Shown here: piece by piece, positions 13,408-26,400 of the stretch
Layout: every line of letters begins with the position of its first letter
Numbering within the stretch: position 1 is the stretch's first letter
Source: Felis catus
Taxonomy: Eukaryota
NCBI RefSeq assembly: GCF_018350175.1
Contig: NC_058383.1
Span: 25,670,001 to 25,734,000 of the forward strand
Direction: 5' to 3'
Length of the DNA: 64,000 bases
The notes under the pieces: generated by a model
Told to the model about the DNA's origin: nothing
Databases searched by the model: none
Seen by the model: only the letters and a program-made list of their open reading frames with translations
Made by a program: the position numbers and the translations under genes

Positions 13408-13490
13408 AATGGTATCAGAATTGAGTTGAATTGTAAGACACCCAGCTGATGTCAGAGAGTTGCTTGGTCTGGGGAGAAAACATACACTAT
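13408..13490 (+). mobile_element. MER21-like LTR, displaced and inverted 3' part
   Basis: GGTATCAGAATTGAGTTGAATTGTAAGACACCCAGCTGATGTCAGAGAG continues the element at 15468-16122 but in the opposite orientation. Confidence 0.7.
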
Positions 13491-13749
13491 AAACGCACGC
13501 GTAATTGTTAAAGCAGATGTGATATACTCTCTTACCCTTTTCACCTATTTCACTTAAGAACATATTCCTTCTCCTAACATGGGAGGTTCTCCCATGTATT
13601 AGGGCACTCTTCCATGAAACTGGAGTCTGGGTTGTATCCTGGTTTCCTTATCAGGGCTAGGATTTGGGAGTAGGGACTCTTTTGACACAGTGGGTGGTTG
13701 AGGCTAAGAGTCCCTCTAGCTGCTGTGGTGCCTGATAGGTGCACGTGTG

Positions 13750-14294
13750 TGTGGGATCCAAGGAATTTGACAAAAATCCCCTACCCCTGGACAAGCAGAG
13801 CAAGACTAACTCCATTTTGTGCTACAGCCACCATCGCATGTATAACCCCCACATGACCTGCTTATTGCTTAAGACACTCCCCCACCCTAGTCAAGCCGCT
13901 GAGTACACCCTTACTGGAAACCGGCTCAAATAGGAATGCGGAACCCCTAACCGCCAAAGAATGTAAACCCCACCTTTTGCCCGCCAAACGTGCGCCAATT
14001 CTGACCAGAGTGATAGGCTAGTTCAAACAGTTACTATAGGGTAAATTGTAATTCAATTGGCCACCTGCGTGTGGACTGACATGACTATGCAACTTTCTGT
14101 GTGTGTTACAATCTCATTGGCCACTGGCCCCTATAAAACTGCTACGCCTCTTAACCTAGGGGTCCAAGTCCCTGCTCCGCTGTGTCCGGTATACTTGGGC
14201 CCAAGCTCGAGCTTGCAAATAAACCCTCGTGCGTTTGCATTGGTATGGGCTGCTTGGTGGTCTCTCGGATGGATTTGAAATCGGGGGCATTACA
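13750..14294 (+). mobile_element. Intact-looking gammaretrovirus/ERV1-like solo LTR (545 bp)
   Basis: TG...CA termini, 5-bp TSD GTGTG (13745-13749 and 14295-14299), ATTGG boxes, TATAAAA at 14132-14138, AATAAA at 14218-14223, CpGs retained. Confidence 0.85.
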
Positions 14295-14814
14295 GTGTGG
14301 GGCACTCCCCAGCCCTGGGGGAATATGGCAAGGAAGGGCAGTCTCCTGTACGGTGCTGGGGGGGTAGAGTGCAAAAGCACCTTTTCAGGTCTCCTGGTGT
14401 ATTCGTTGAGATTTCTCTCTTAGCTAAAGAAAAGTGATCTCCACTTTCTTTTTTTTTTACGTTTATTTATTCTTGACAGGCAGAGCATGAGGGGGGGAGG
14501 GGCAGAGAGAGGGAGACACAGAATCTGTCATTGCTGTTGGCACAGAGCCTGACTCGGGGCTCAAACCCACAAACCATGAGATCAGGACCTGACCCAAAGT
14601 CAGACACTTAGCTGACTGAGCCATCTAGGCGCCCTCCTCTCACTTTCCTTTCTATCGGCCATAAACTTTGTTCTTGCTAAATCAATCCCACCTTCCTTAT
14701 TCGTTGGCTAAAGGAGGGGGCCTTTGGTAAAAAGAAGTGCTGGGTGAAGCTGGCTGACTGCGTGGACTCTGGGTGCATCTATCCACCCTCTTCCAGAAGG
14801 GAGGAGGCTGGGAG

Positions 14815-15467
14815 TGATGTGGGAAACAAGGAAATGGCAGATAGAATTAAATTTCCTTATAACCTGCAGCCCACTGACAGATACTTGAGGCCAGCAGAGT
14901 AAAATGTTTCTCCAGGAACTTCCTAGTGTCTTAATGCTAATGCTTTGCTAGAGGGCAAACAACCCTAGCTTGACAAGAGCTAGGCCTCCAGTACTCCGGG
15001 AGTCTTCTTTAGCATATGAAAATCTCCCTGGAGGGGCGCCTGGGTGGCGCAGTCGGTTAAGCGTCCGACTCCAGCCAGGTCACGATCTCGCGGTCCGGGA
15101 GTTCGAGCCCCGCGTCAGGCTCTGGGCTGATGGCTCAGAGCCTGGAGCCCGTTTCCAATTCTGTGTCTCCCTCTCTCTCTGCCCCTCTCCCGTTCACGCT
15201 CTGTCTCTCTCTGTCCCCAAAATAAATAAAAACGTTGAAAAAAAATTAAAAAAAAAAAAAGAAAATCTCACTGGAAACTTCCCCTGGACTTTACTGCCCC
15301 CCAGCTCCATAGTATACGGCCAGTCTCTCCTCACCGTGCCCGGGCAGCACTTCCTGCCTACGGGTCCTATTCCTGTGCTTTAACAAGATCACCTTTTTGC
15401 ACCAAACACGTCTTCAAGAATTCTTTCTTGGCCATCCCCGCGAACCCCACCCCCAAAAACTTCATCA
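14815..15467 (+). mobile_element. ERV solo LTR copy B, interrupted by a young SINE
   Basis: Terminal inverted repeat TGATG...CATCA; homologous to copy A; SINE at 15033-15260 flanked by TSD GAAAATCTC(C/A)CTGGA. Confidence 0.88.
15033..15260 (+). mobile_element. Young felid CAN-SINE inside LTR B
   Basis: 15-bp TSD with one mismatch at 15018-15032 and 15261-15275. Confidence 0.92.
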
Positions 15468-16122
15468 CCATTTACCTGGAGACAGCTCAGATTCCACAGA
15501 TTAAGGTCTCAGTCCCATGAGACTGCCCCTCCACCCACCTCCACTTCAGACGCCAATTCCAAGTCTGCTTATAACCTGGGCTTCTGACCTACCAGCAACG
15601 GATGGGAGATTCCAGCGACTCTCTCCTTGTGCTCAATTAATTTGCTACAGCAGCTCGTAGAACTCAGAGAAACATTGGAGTTACTAAATCACCACTTTAT
15701 TATAAAAGGGTATAGCTCAGGAATAGCCAGATGGAAGAGATTCATAGAGCAAGGTGTGGGGAAGGGGCGCAGAGCTCTCTTGCCCTTTCCAGGCCTACCA
15801 CTCCCCCCACACCTGCACGTCTTCACCAACTTGGAAGTTCTCCAAAGCCTCTCTTTTTGGGTTTACAAAGGCTTTGTTACACAGTCACGATCAATTCAAT
15901 CATTGGCCCTCCGTGACTAATTCAACCTCCAGCCCCTCCCCGCTCCCCGGCCTCCAGGCAACCAGCCCCCATCCTTAGGTGCGGTCCAAAGGCACCTCAT
16001 TAACATAACAAAAGACACCTGGCTGCTTTCATCACAGGAAATTCCAAGAGTTTTAGGAGCTCTGTGCCAGGAACAGGGATGAAGTCCAAATATATATTTT
16101 TATTGTAAGTCATAATACCACA
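15468..16122 (-). mobile_element. MER21-like LTR, 5' part
   Basis: Resembles recalled MER21 sequence (minus strand starts TGTGGTATTATG...ATATATATTTGG; contains TCTCCAGGTAAATGG). Confidence 0.7.
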
Positions 16123-16804
16123 GCTTGTACTTGAATAAAAAAAATAACCTCTGGAAGCAAACAGAAAAAAGGAAGAGCAGTGTTTACTTGTGAAGGAGAT
16201 TACCTGAATTGATGGCAGCAGGGACAGAGGACAGAGCCGCCACAGACAGGGAGACTGAGCTCAACACGACATGAGGTTGTGAGAGGGGCTCGGGTGATGC
16301 CTGCAGGGCCCCCACCAAGCTTGGTCACCAGTGCAGAGTAAGGTCTCCCAGAAGAAAGAGATGCTTTTTTCCTCTCCCGAAGCACCTGGCTGCATTCACC
16401 AAGGGGAATACCTGTCTTCACCCATGCAAAAATTCTGCAGCCCCTGAAGGCAGAGATTTTACACTGGGTATCTCTTTACATGGCTGTTTTTGAACCAGGT
16501 GAATATTTATCCACCAAAAGTAAATAAATAAATTTAAAATACAACAGTAACTGGGGTGCCTCAGTGGCTCAGTCTGTTAAGCATCTGATTCTTGATTTCA
16601 GTTTGTGAGTTTGAGCCCCGAGTTGGGTTCTGTGCTGACAGCTCAGACCCTGGAACCTGCTTCGGATTGTGTCTCCCTCTCTCTCTGCCCCTCCCCCCCT
16701 CCTCTCTTTCTTTCTCTCTCTCTCTCAAAAATAAACATTAAAAAAATTCCACACTTTTAAACTACTTCTCATAAAATTTAATTTGCAAAACTCGTTTTAT
16801 GAAA

Positions 16805-17850
16805 ATGTTGTCAAGAAATAAGTATTGGCGAGGATGTGGACAAAATAGAACACTTGTGCATTGTTGGTAGTGATGTACATTGGTGCAGCCGCTATTAAAA
16901 AAAAAAAACCAATAAGGAAGAGGTTCCTCAAAAAGTTAAACATAGAACTAAATATGATCCAGCAATCCCACTTCTGAGTGTATAAATGAAGGAAAAGAAA
17001 ACAGAATCTTTGAGAGATATCTACCTTCCCATATTCACTGCAGCATTATTTGCAATCACAAAGACAAGGAAACACTCTTAAGTGTCTGCTGACAGAAGAA
17101 TGGATAAAGAAAACGTGGAATGCATATACAATAGAATATTATTTAGCCGCCAAAATAGGAAATCCTGCCTTTTGCAACAACATGGATGACATTGGAGGGC
17201 ATTATGCAAAGTAAAATAAGACATACACAGAAAGACAAATACTGTTTGATCTCACACGATATATGTGGAATCTAAAAAAACCCAAACCCCTAGAAACAGA
17301 GTAGAGTAGCAGGGCCTGGAAGAAGGGGGAAATGGGGAGACGTTGATCAAAAGGCACAAACTTCTTGGGGCGCCTGGGTGGCGCAGTCGGTTAAGCGTCC
17401 GACTTTACCAGGTCACGATCTCGCGGTCCGTGAGTTCGAGCCCTGCGTCAGGCTCTGGGCTGATGGCTCAGAGCTTGGAGCCTGTTTCCGATTCTGTGTC
17501 TCCCTCTCTCTCTGCTCCTCCCCCGTTCATGCTCTGTCTCTCTCTGTCCCAAAAATAAAAAAAATAAAAAAATAAAAAAGGGCACAAACTTCCAGTTTTA
17601 AAATGAATGCATTCTGAAGATCTAAGGTATAGCACGGTGACTATCATTAATAATATAATATTGTATACTTCAAAGTTAAGAGAGTAGATCTTAAATGTTC
17701 TCACCATAACAACCACGACAAAAATGGTAATTATGTGAGATAAAGGATGTGGTAAACATTTTGCAGTATATACATGTATGAAATCATCACTTTGCACACC
17801 TTAAACATGCACAGTGTTACATTTTAATGATATCTCAATAAAGGGGAAAA
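16805..17850 (+). mobile_element. Old L1 3' fragment (ORF2 end plus 3' UTR) with an inserted SINE
   Basis: TATTGGCGAGGATGTGGA...ATATGATCCAGCAATCCCACTTCTG...ATCTCAATAAAG; degenerate. Confidence 0.8.
17367..17578 (+). mobile_element. Young felid CAN-SINE inside L1
   Basis: Near-consensus; flanked by GGCACAAACTTC on both sides. Confidence 0.9.
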
Positions 17851-18124
17851 AACACATTGTCAAGTTAATTGTCTGTCTAGGCTGGTAATTGAATATGATG
17901 CAGTCACTGAAGTGTTTTCAAATAACATTCAACCATGTGCCATGATGTTGAGAACATAGTGTAAATTTTTAAGACTAGAACTCAAAACCATTCATAAATT
18001 ATTTCAAGTATAGACATATAATATAGATAAAATAGTGTGTGTGTGTAATAGAAAAAAATATCGAGTCTTTCTGAGTGGCAATATGGTGTTGAATTTGCTT
18101 CATTTAAAATTTATAATATTTTCA

Positions 18125-18337
18125 GGGGCGCCTGGGTGGCGCAGTCGGTTAAGCGTCCAACTTCAGCCAGGTCACGATCTCACGGTCCGTGAGTTCGAGC
18201 CCCGCGTCAGGCTCTGGGCTGATGGCTCAGAGCCTGGAGCCTGTTTCCGATTCTGTGTCTCCCTCTCTCTCTGCCCCTCCCCCGTTCATGCTCTGTCTCT
18301 CTCTGTCCCAAAAATAAATAAACATTGGAAAAAAAAA
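18125..18337 (+). mobile_element. Young felid CAN-SINE
   Basis: TSD TTAAAATTTATAATATTTTC. Confidence 0.9.
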
Positions 18338-18619
18338 TTAAAATTTATAATATTTTCTGGATTTTCTATAAAAAGCATATAGGTGTTTTGAAATAGAGGA
18401 GCTGTTGTACTATAAGCTATATTAAAAATAAAATAAATGGAAGGAAGTGAAGGGGTCAGGGGTCTTGGTCTTCCCAGGACCTCCTCGGTCCCTTTGCAGC
18501 CATGTTGGTCTTCCCTGTCAGGCGAGATAGACTGTTGACCAGGTGAGATTTGCTAAAATCTAGACACATCAGCTCCCTGTTCTCTCTCTAATTGCAGAAG
18601 AGTCAGTCCCCAGTCCATC

Positions 18620-18989
18620 TGTGCCAGGGACTGAATGTTTGTGTCCTCCCCAAATCCATGTGTTGAAGCCCTACCCCAAAACGTGATGGTATTAGAAGGT
18701 GGGTCCTTTGGGAGGTGATTAGATGAACTCATGAGGGTGGGGCGCCAAGATGAGATTAGAGCCCTTATAAGAAGAGGGTGACACACCAGAGATCCCTCTC
18801 TCTGCCAGGTGAGGACACAGCAGAAAGGCAGCTGTCTACAAGCCAGGAAGAGACACCTCACCAGGAACCTCACAGAACCCATCCTGATCTTGGACCTGCA
18901 ACCTCAGAACTATGAGAAATAAATGTCTGTGGTTCATAAGCTACTCAGTCTGTGGCATTTTGTTATAGGAGCCCATGTGGACTAAGACA
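18620..18989 (+). mobile_element. MLT1A-like LTR
   Basis: GGACTGAATGTTTGTGTCCTCCCCAAATCCATGTGTTGAAGCCCTA...CAGAACTATGAGAAATAAATG...GACTAAGACA. Confidence 0.75.
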
Positions 18990-20080
18990 ACCTCCTTCCT
19001 AACAGCCAGAGTAGAAATTGCAGAACATGAATTAGATGGTGTCACTCAGCTGAAACCACTAGGGGGCTCCACTGCCCTGAGCACAGACCTATACCCCTCC
19101 CATGGTGTCCAGCCCTTTTTATCCTTCTGCCCTCCTCTAGGGTCACCACCTTCTCTGTTCCAGCCACCTTGGGCTTCTTTCAGCTCCTCAAATGCCATCT
19201 AGGCCTTTGTCCATATGGTTCCCTACACCCACAGTGCCATTTTCCTGATCTTTCACCCAGCTAGCTGCTGACCCCAGTTAGCCTCCAGGGATCAGTTTCG
19301 GTGTCACTGCCTCTGTAAACTTGCTCTGACTTCCCAAGTCAGAGAGAAGAATCTTCCTCTGAGCACCTGGGCCCATGCTACCTCTCTGAGCAGGTACTAA
19401 ATCTCTTATAACTATCTATTCATGGGAGAATGAGCCAGAATCCCAACAAAAGAGATGACACTCTCAAAATAGGACAATGTGGAAAATGTAGCTGAGCTGG
19501 GCTGGCTGTCCAGGTGGCTCACTGACACAGCTGTTGGCTACAAGCTCATCAGGGGCTGTCAACCACAGCACCTCAATTCTCCAACATGTGGCCTCTCCAT
19601 GTGATTTGTGGTTCTCAAAGCATGATGGTGGGGTTCCAAACGAGTGTCCCAAGCACATGAAAGCGGAAGTTTCATGTCCCTAAAAGTCCAGCCTTAAAAG
19701 TTACACAGCATTATTTCCACCACATTCCACTGGTCAAACAAAATTCAAGTCTGGCCCTGATTCAAGGGGTGGGGAAATAGATTTCACCTCTTGATGGGTG
19801 GAATAGCTGGAATTTAGAGCTTATCTTTTTTTAATTTTAATTGAAATGCATCTGACATACAACATTGTGTAAATACAAGGTGTACAACATGTTAATCTGA
19901 CATGTTAATATATTGTAATATGATTTCCATTGTGGTGATAATTAGCGCTTCCCTCATATGGTGTAATTATCATTTTTTTCAGTGTTGGCATAACTGAGTT
20001 CTAGTCTCTTTGCAAGTTTGCTGATTATAATGCAATACTGTTTTCTATGTTCACTATATTGTATGTTAGATTTCTAGGAA

Positions 20081-20525
20081 GGGGGTGCCTGGGTGGTGCA
20101 GACGTTTGAGTGTCCAACTTTGGCTCATGTCACGCTCTCACGGTCTGTGGGTTCGAGCCCCTTGCCAGGCCCTGTACTGACAGCTCGGAGCTTGGAGCCT
20201 CCTTCAAATTCTGTGTCTCCCTCTCTCTCTGACCCTCCCCCACTCGTGTTCTGTCTCTCTCTCTCAAAAATAAATATTAAAAAAATAGGGGCGCCTGGGT
20301 GGCGCAGTCGGTTAAGCGTCCGACTTCAGCCAGGTCACGATCTCGCGGTCCGTGAGTTCGAGCCCCGCGTCAGGCTCTGGGCTGATGGCTCAGAGCCTGG
20401 AGCCTGTTTCCGATTCTGTGTCTCCCTCTCTCTCTGCCCCTCCCCCGTTCATGCTCTGTCTCTCTCTGTCCCAAAAAAAATAAATAAACGTTGAAAAAAA
20501 AATTTTTTTTTAAATAAAAAAATAA
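20081..20525 (+). mobile_element. Two tandem CAN-SINEs (young copy from 20288) inside a minus-strand L1 fragment (~19830-20730)
   Basis: Two SINE heads at ~20081 and 20288; L1 3' UTR sequence on both sides. Confidence 0.85.
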
Positions 20526-22844
20526 AGGTTCTAGGACTTATATACTACTCATTGTAAGTCTGTACCTTTACACATCACCTGTCTTATCCCGCCCATGGTA
20601 ACCACCTGGTAATGACTATTTTACTCTGTTTTTTGTGAGTTTGGCTTTTTAGATTCCACATATAAATGATAGCATACAGTATTTGTCTTTCTCTGTCTGA
20701 CTTACCTAGCTTAGCATAATATCCTCAAGGTCTTTAATTCACTGCAGGGGTTTGTTTACAGAAGGGCTAGTAACAAAGACATAGTTTAGGGGAGCCATCT
20801 ATATAGGACAGTGTAGTCACCGGGGGGGTTAGTGGCACCTGAGGTGTCACCACCCCAGGTCTGAAGGGTCACGAGGAAGAAGCGATTACCAGAACCCAAA
20901 AAATAAAGATTTGTGTAGAAATGACTGCCTCACAAAAAGATTGACTTTCAGCAGAGGACCACAGCCAGCCCAAGGCACAGCAAAGGAGCCAAATGAATAA
21001 ACACTTTGATCTCAGTCTCCTCTCTCTCTCTCCAGTTTTCTGCCAGGGCTTCCCTTGGCCAAACCCAACTAGAAGCCGGAAGACAAGGAGCCCACTGAGG
21101 CAATCCACACAGCTCAGCTTCCTGGCTCAAAGAGCAGGGAGGAGAGTGGATCTGGGAGGACAGACAGAAAAAAGCACATAGGGGGCGCCTGCGTGGCTCA
21201 GTGGGTTAAGTATCCAACTTCAGCTCAGGTCATGATCTCATGGTTTGTAAGTTCAAGTCCTGCATCGGGCTCTATGCTGACAGCCCAGAAGCTGGATCCT
21301 GCTTCGGATTCTGTGTCTCCATCTCTCTCTGACCCTCCCACGCTCACATTCTATCTCCCCCTGTCTCTTTCTCTCAAAAATGAATAAACATAAAAAAAAA
21401 AAGAAGAAGAAGAAAAAGAAGAAGAAAGAAGCACATATGTCCACTTTCTCTACCAGACTGGAAACTCCTGGAAGACTGGCACCATTTGATCAGTTAGGAG
21501 GGACCAGACTATGCTGCAGAAACAAGCCTCAATACTCAGTTGAATAAAAGAGCAAAGTTTATTTCTTGTTCAGACAAATGTACCTCCTGGCTGTCTGCTC
21601 AATGTGGTTACCAAAGCACACAGAACCTCAGAAGGGTCCCGAGGCTGGCAGAGCAACCACCCTCTGCATAATGTCGAGAAAAGAAACCACTGGAAAGTCT
21701 TGAACCAACCATGAAATCTTTTTCCTGGAAGTGACACCAATCATTCCCTCCACAACTCACTGATCAGTAGAGGTCACCGGACCTTTCTACCCACAAAGAC
21801 CCTGATGGTGCAACCCTACCACATGTCCAGAAGGCAACAAGCTGGGAATTTGGGGTCAAAAGCACTAACATCCTGTTTTCAGTTACATTCCTGGCACTTA
21901 GCACAGTGCTTTGGTAAGGTTTGTTGACCGACTAAATGACTGTGGTAGCAGGTGCATTCTCCTGTTGGCCACAGAGAATAGAAGGGTGAGAATAACCCAC
22001 AAGTTTACTTGCCCACCAAAGTGATCTTCAGATAGAGAAAGTATAACAGTAAAACTATTACAAGAAAATGGGTAAATATCCATTGTTTACTTTTTCACTC
22101 AACATGCATATAATGAGTACCTACCATGTGTCTGGAAGTTTCCAGACCCCCATATATTCTAGGATTTGAGTAGGAAAGATCTCTGTATCACTCAAGATTC
22201 TTGTTTGTAAGCAAGATCTGATTAATTAAGTAGTAAAGGTGTTTGGCTAAAAGATATTGGGGAACTTCTGGAATCATCTGTACCCAATGAGGCCACAAAA
22301 GGAGAAGCTGGAGTCTCCCAGGGCAGAGCTACTGGGGAGGTGACAGGACACAGGAAGCCCCACCCTTGGCCTTTTCTAGTTGTCTCCTACAAGGCAGCTG
22401 CCCTGGCTGGTGACGGACACGTTTCCTCTGCCCAGTCCTTTTCTGTCTCCTCCCCCAGCTCCTGGTTTCTTCCCTTGCCCTGACTCGCTTCGCCATCTCT
22501 GCCTGCCTCCCCCATTACATAACTGTCCCCCATCCGAAGGGCCCTTATGTAACCCATGTCACCTCAGGCTTCCATCCCCACCTCAGCCTCGCCTGTCTGG
22601 TACAATCTTTCACAGTTGGCTGAACCAAGCCCTCAGCAAGCGTGTGGGGCTGGGGAAAAGAAGGAGGGAGGAGGAGGAGAAGGAATTCCTCATCCCCACA
22701 GTGGGACTAGACGAAACTTGACCGGCAGGAATGAGCTCTGGAGGAAACTTTCTGCACACAAAGCCTTGGTGCCTGGACTGTTGTCAAAGGACTCAGCCTG
22801 GTTTCTATGCTTCATCTTCCACTTTGGCAAAATGTCTGCACCCC

Positions 22845-23465
22845 CAAGTTCACTGCAGCACCATCCACAATAGCCAAGACATAAAAACAACATAAGTGTC
22901 CACTGACAGATGAATGGACAAAGAAAATGTGGTGTATATATACAACGGAATATTATTCAGCCTGAAAAAAGAGGAATCCTGCCATTCGTGACAATGTGGA
23001 TGAACCTGGAGGACATTATGCTAAGTGAAATAAACCAGACACAGAAGGACAAAAACTGTATGATCTCACTTACAAGATGAATCTAAAAATACCGAACTCC
23101 CTAGGAGTGGAGAGTAGATTGGTGGTTGCCAGGGGCTGGAGGGTGGGGGGCAATGGGGAGATGTTGGTCAAAGGGAAACTTTTGGTTACAAGAGTGATAA
23201 ATTCTGAGCATGGCCAGGTCATGCTGACTATAGTTAATGATACTGTATTGTGTGCTTGAAATTTGCTAAGAGAATAGGTCTCAAGTGTTTTGACCACTGA
23301 AAAATAAAAAACAAAACAAAACTATGCAAAGTAATGGATATGTTAATTATCTTGATTGTGGTAATCACTTCACAATGCAGACATATGTCAAGTGATCATG
23401 TTGTACACCTTACATTACAATTTTATTTGCCAATTATACCTCAATAAAGCTAGAAGAATAATTTT
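22845..23465 (+). mobile_element. Old L1 3' fragment
   Basis: GTTCACTGCAGCAC...GATGAATGGACAAAGAAAATGTGG...GGACATTATGCTAAGTGAAATAA...CCTCAATAAAGCT. Confidence 0.8.
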
Positions 23466-26400
23466 AAAATAAAATGGGGATATAGTATACCTCATAGGAT
23501 TGTCACAAGGATCAGAAAAGTTTCTATATAGAGATATATAGTGTTTAGAATAGGGCCTGGCTATAGAGCTGTTTGCTATTCTTTTTGGAGAGATGGTTCT
23601 AGATAAGTGGGCCTTGATTGGTGGTTCTCAGACTTAATGGCCTCAGAACCCCTTTACCCTCTTAAAATTGACAGAAGACTTCAAAGAGCTTTTTTAAGGT
23701 GGGTTATACCTACCAGTATTTACTGTATTTTAAATTAAAACTTATATTTTTAAAAGTTATTCATTCATCTAAAAATAAGCTCATTACATGTTAACATAAA
23801 ATCTTTTTATGAAAAGTAACTGTATTTTCCAAAATAAGAAACTCTTAGTAAGCAGCATAGTGATATTTTACATTTTTGAAAATCTCTGTAATGTCTGACT
23901 TAATAAAAGGCAGCTGGGTGCCACATCTATGACTACATTCAAGCCAGTCGAGGTATCACATGTCTTGAAGCCACTGGAAAATTCCACTGGATGCTTGTGA
24001 GAGAATGACAGTGAAAAAGGCAAATACGATGTTAGTACTATTATGGAAACAGTTTTGATCTTGTAGATCCCCTGAGAGCTTCCCTGGGCCACACCTTGAG
24101 AACTACCTGGTAGGTGGAGGAGATGGAGAGAGCAGAGACAAATGGGAATATTTTCATGTTTTCACCCAATTTGTATTCACCAAGGAATACTGAGGAAAAG
24201 TCACTAGAGATCAGATTTGCTCTCTTGACCCAAATCTCCTCCAGTCTTTTAAACTAAAACAGCACCACCAGACCAGTACTGAGCACTGCCTCTGTCCAGG
24301 CAGGATTCAAAGCCGTTGACACACATTGTTACTGCTCACTCAACTCTAATGGGTGCAGGCTGTTATGATCACCACCACTGCCCCCCCCCCCCCCCCCCGC
24401 ACAGATGTGGAAACCAACCGAGGCACACAGACTGACTTTTTCCAAGGTTGCACAGCATTCCAGAGATTCCGTGTCCAGTATTTCTGATTCAGGAATTCCT
24501 GCTCTTAGATACAGAGTTCAAGAGTCTCCCTCCACCCGGCTTAACAATTGTTCAAGTGGATGCCAAAGTCTTCATACAGATCCCTGGGCGTCATCCCCGG
24601 TGGTTCTAGCTTAATTGGGAAGGTCCCAGGCACCCATTTTGCTTAAGGACTCAGATGATTCTAAAGGGTAGCCAGGATCGAGAACAATTGCGCTAAGGCC
24701 TTGCTACCCAAACCACCAGGGAGGGTTTTAGTTTGAAGAATCCTCCCACACACCAGCCTCCAGCAAGACTCTCTGAAGCGAAATTTGCTTTTGACAAGAG
24801 CCCCAGGTGATTTGCATTCACGTCACAACATGCATTTAGCCTGGGCTAAAGGAACGTGAGCTGAGATTTCTGCCAGAGATGAGAAGGCAGGATGGGGTAG
24901 TGGTTAGAGCCCAGGCTCTGTGACAGGTGCAGCTGTCCTGTCCACAACCCACCCCAACCTCCCATGGCTTCTTTCTTAACCTAGGAACCCACACCACTCC
25001 GAGCTTGATAGCTGAGTAAGGACAAATGCTCCTAAAGTTTTTGAGACCTTCACTGCGAAGGTTCATAGAAGCCTGTAAAGAAATAATCTAGGGGCACCCA
25101 GGTGGTTCAATCGATTGAGCATCCAACTTCAATCAGGTCATAATCTCGCAGTTTATGAGTTCAAGTCCCATATCTGGTTCATCACTGTCAGCACAGAACC
25201 TGCCTGAGATCCTCTGTCCCCCATTCTCTCTGCCCCTCTGCTGCTTTCACTCTGTCAAAAATAAACATTAAAAAAAGAAAGAAAGAAAGAAAGAAAGAAC
25301 CTAGGACTGCAACAATTCAAACAATTCTTTGTTGTATTTTAATTCCTTGCATTTTATTATTATATTTTTGTTCCAGTTTTATTGAGATATAATTGACATG
25401 CAGCACTATGTATGTTTAAGTTGTACAGCATGATGACTTAGCTTACATACCTTTTGAAATGATGACCACAGTAAGTTTAGTTAAGATCTTATATAAGACC
25501 ATCTTATACAAATACAAGGGAAAAAAAGAGGGGAAAAAGAAAAAAAATTTTTTTTCTTTGTGATGAGGATTCTTAGGATCTACTCTCTTAGCAACTTTCA
25601 AATACACCCTTCAGCTGTGTTTACTGTAGTCATCATGTTGTACATTGCCTCTCCAATTCTTATTTATAACTGGAAATTTGTACCTTTTGACCACTTTTAG
25701 CCTATTACCCCTCCTCCACTCCCTGCCTCTCATAACCACAAATTTGATCTCTTTTTCTATGTGGTTTTATTTTGATTTGGTTTTGGCTTTTGGTTTGTTT
25801 TGTTTTCCTTTTTTTTTTTTTTTTAAGTTTATTTATTTTTGAGAGAGAGGGAGAGAGAGAGAGAGCACCTGTGAGCAGGGGAGGGGCAGAAAGAGAGGGA
25901 AAGAGAGAATCCCAAGCAGACTCCATGCTGAAAACACTGAGATCATGACCTGGGCTGAAATTGAGTGGGACACTGAAAGACTGAGCCACCCAGGCACCCC
26001 TCTTTGTTTGTTTGTTTAAGATTCCACATATAAGTGAGATCATACAGCAACTTTCGGTTCTTTGTTTTATACAGAGGTGGGAACTTGAGTTTGCCTTTAG
26101 GAGCAAACAATTCCTTTGTTTTGGGTACTTGGCAAGGCACCTTCTAGCAGTGAAATGGTGAAGCAGAAATCTTTTCTTGAGAGAAGAGAGCTGCTTTTGT
26201 GGAAATGAAGTTGCTTCAGGAGAAACTAAAGGGTGGGGGCACCTGTATCCCATCCAGCCCTGGGATTGGGGTTTGATCCCTCTGAGGCACAGTGGTGACA
26301 TTCAGAAGCTTGGAAGCCCCTTTCCTGGGTAGCTAGCTGAGACTCTCAACATGCACGGCTCCCTACCTGGAAGAGACACACCTGAGACAGACATTGAAGT

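Noticed and set aside
25705..26301. 198-aa minus-strand ORF
   Set aside because: Runs through L1 and SINE sequence.
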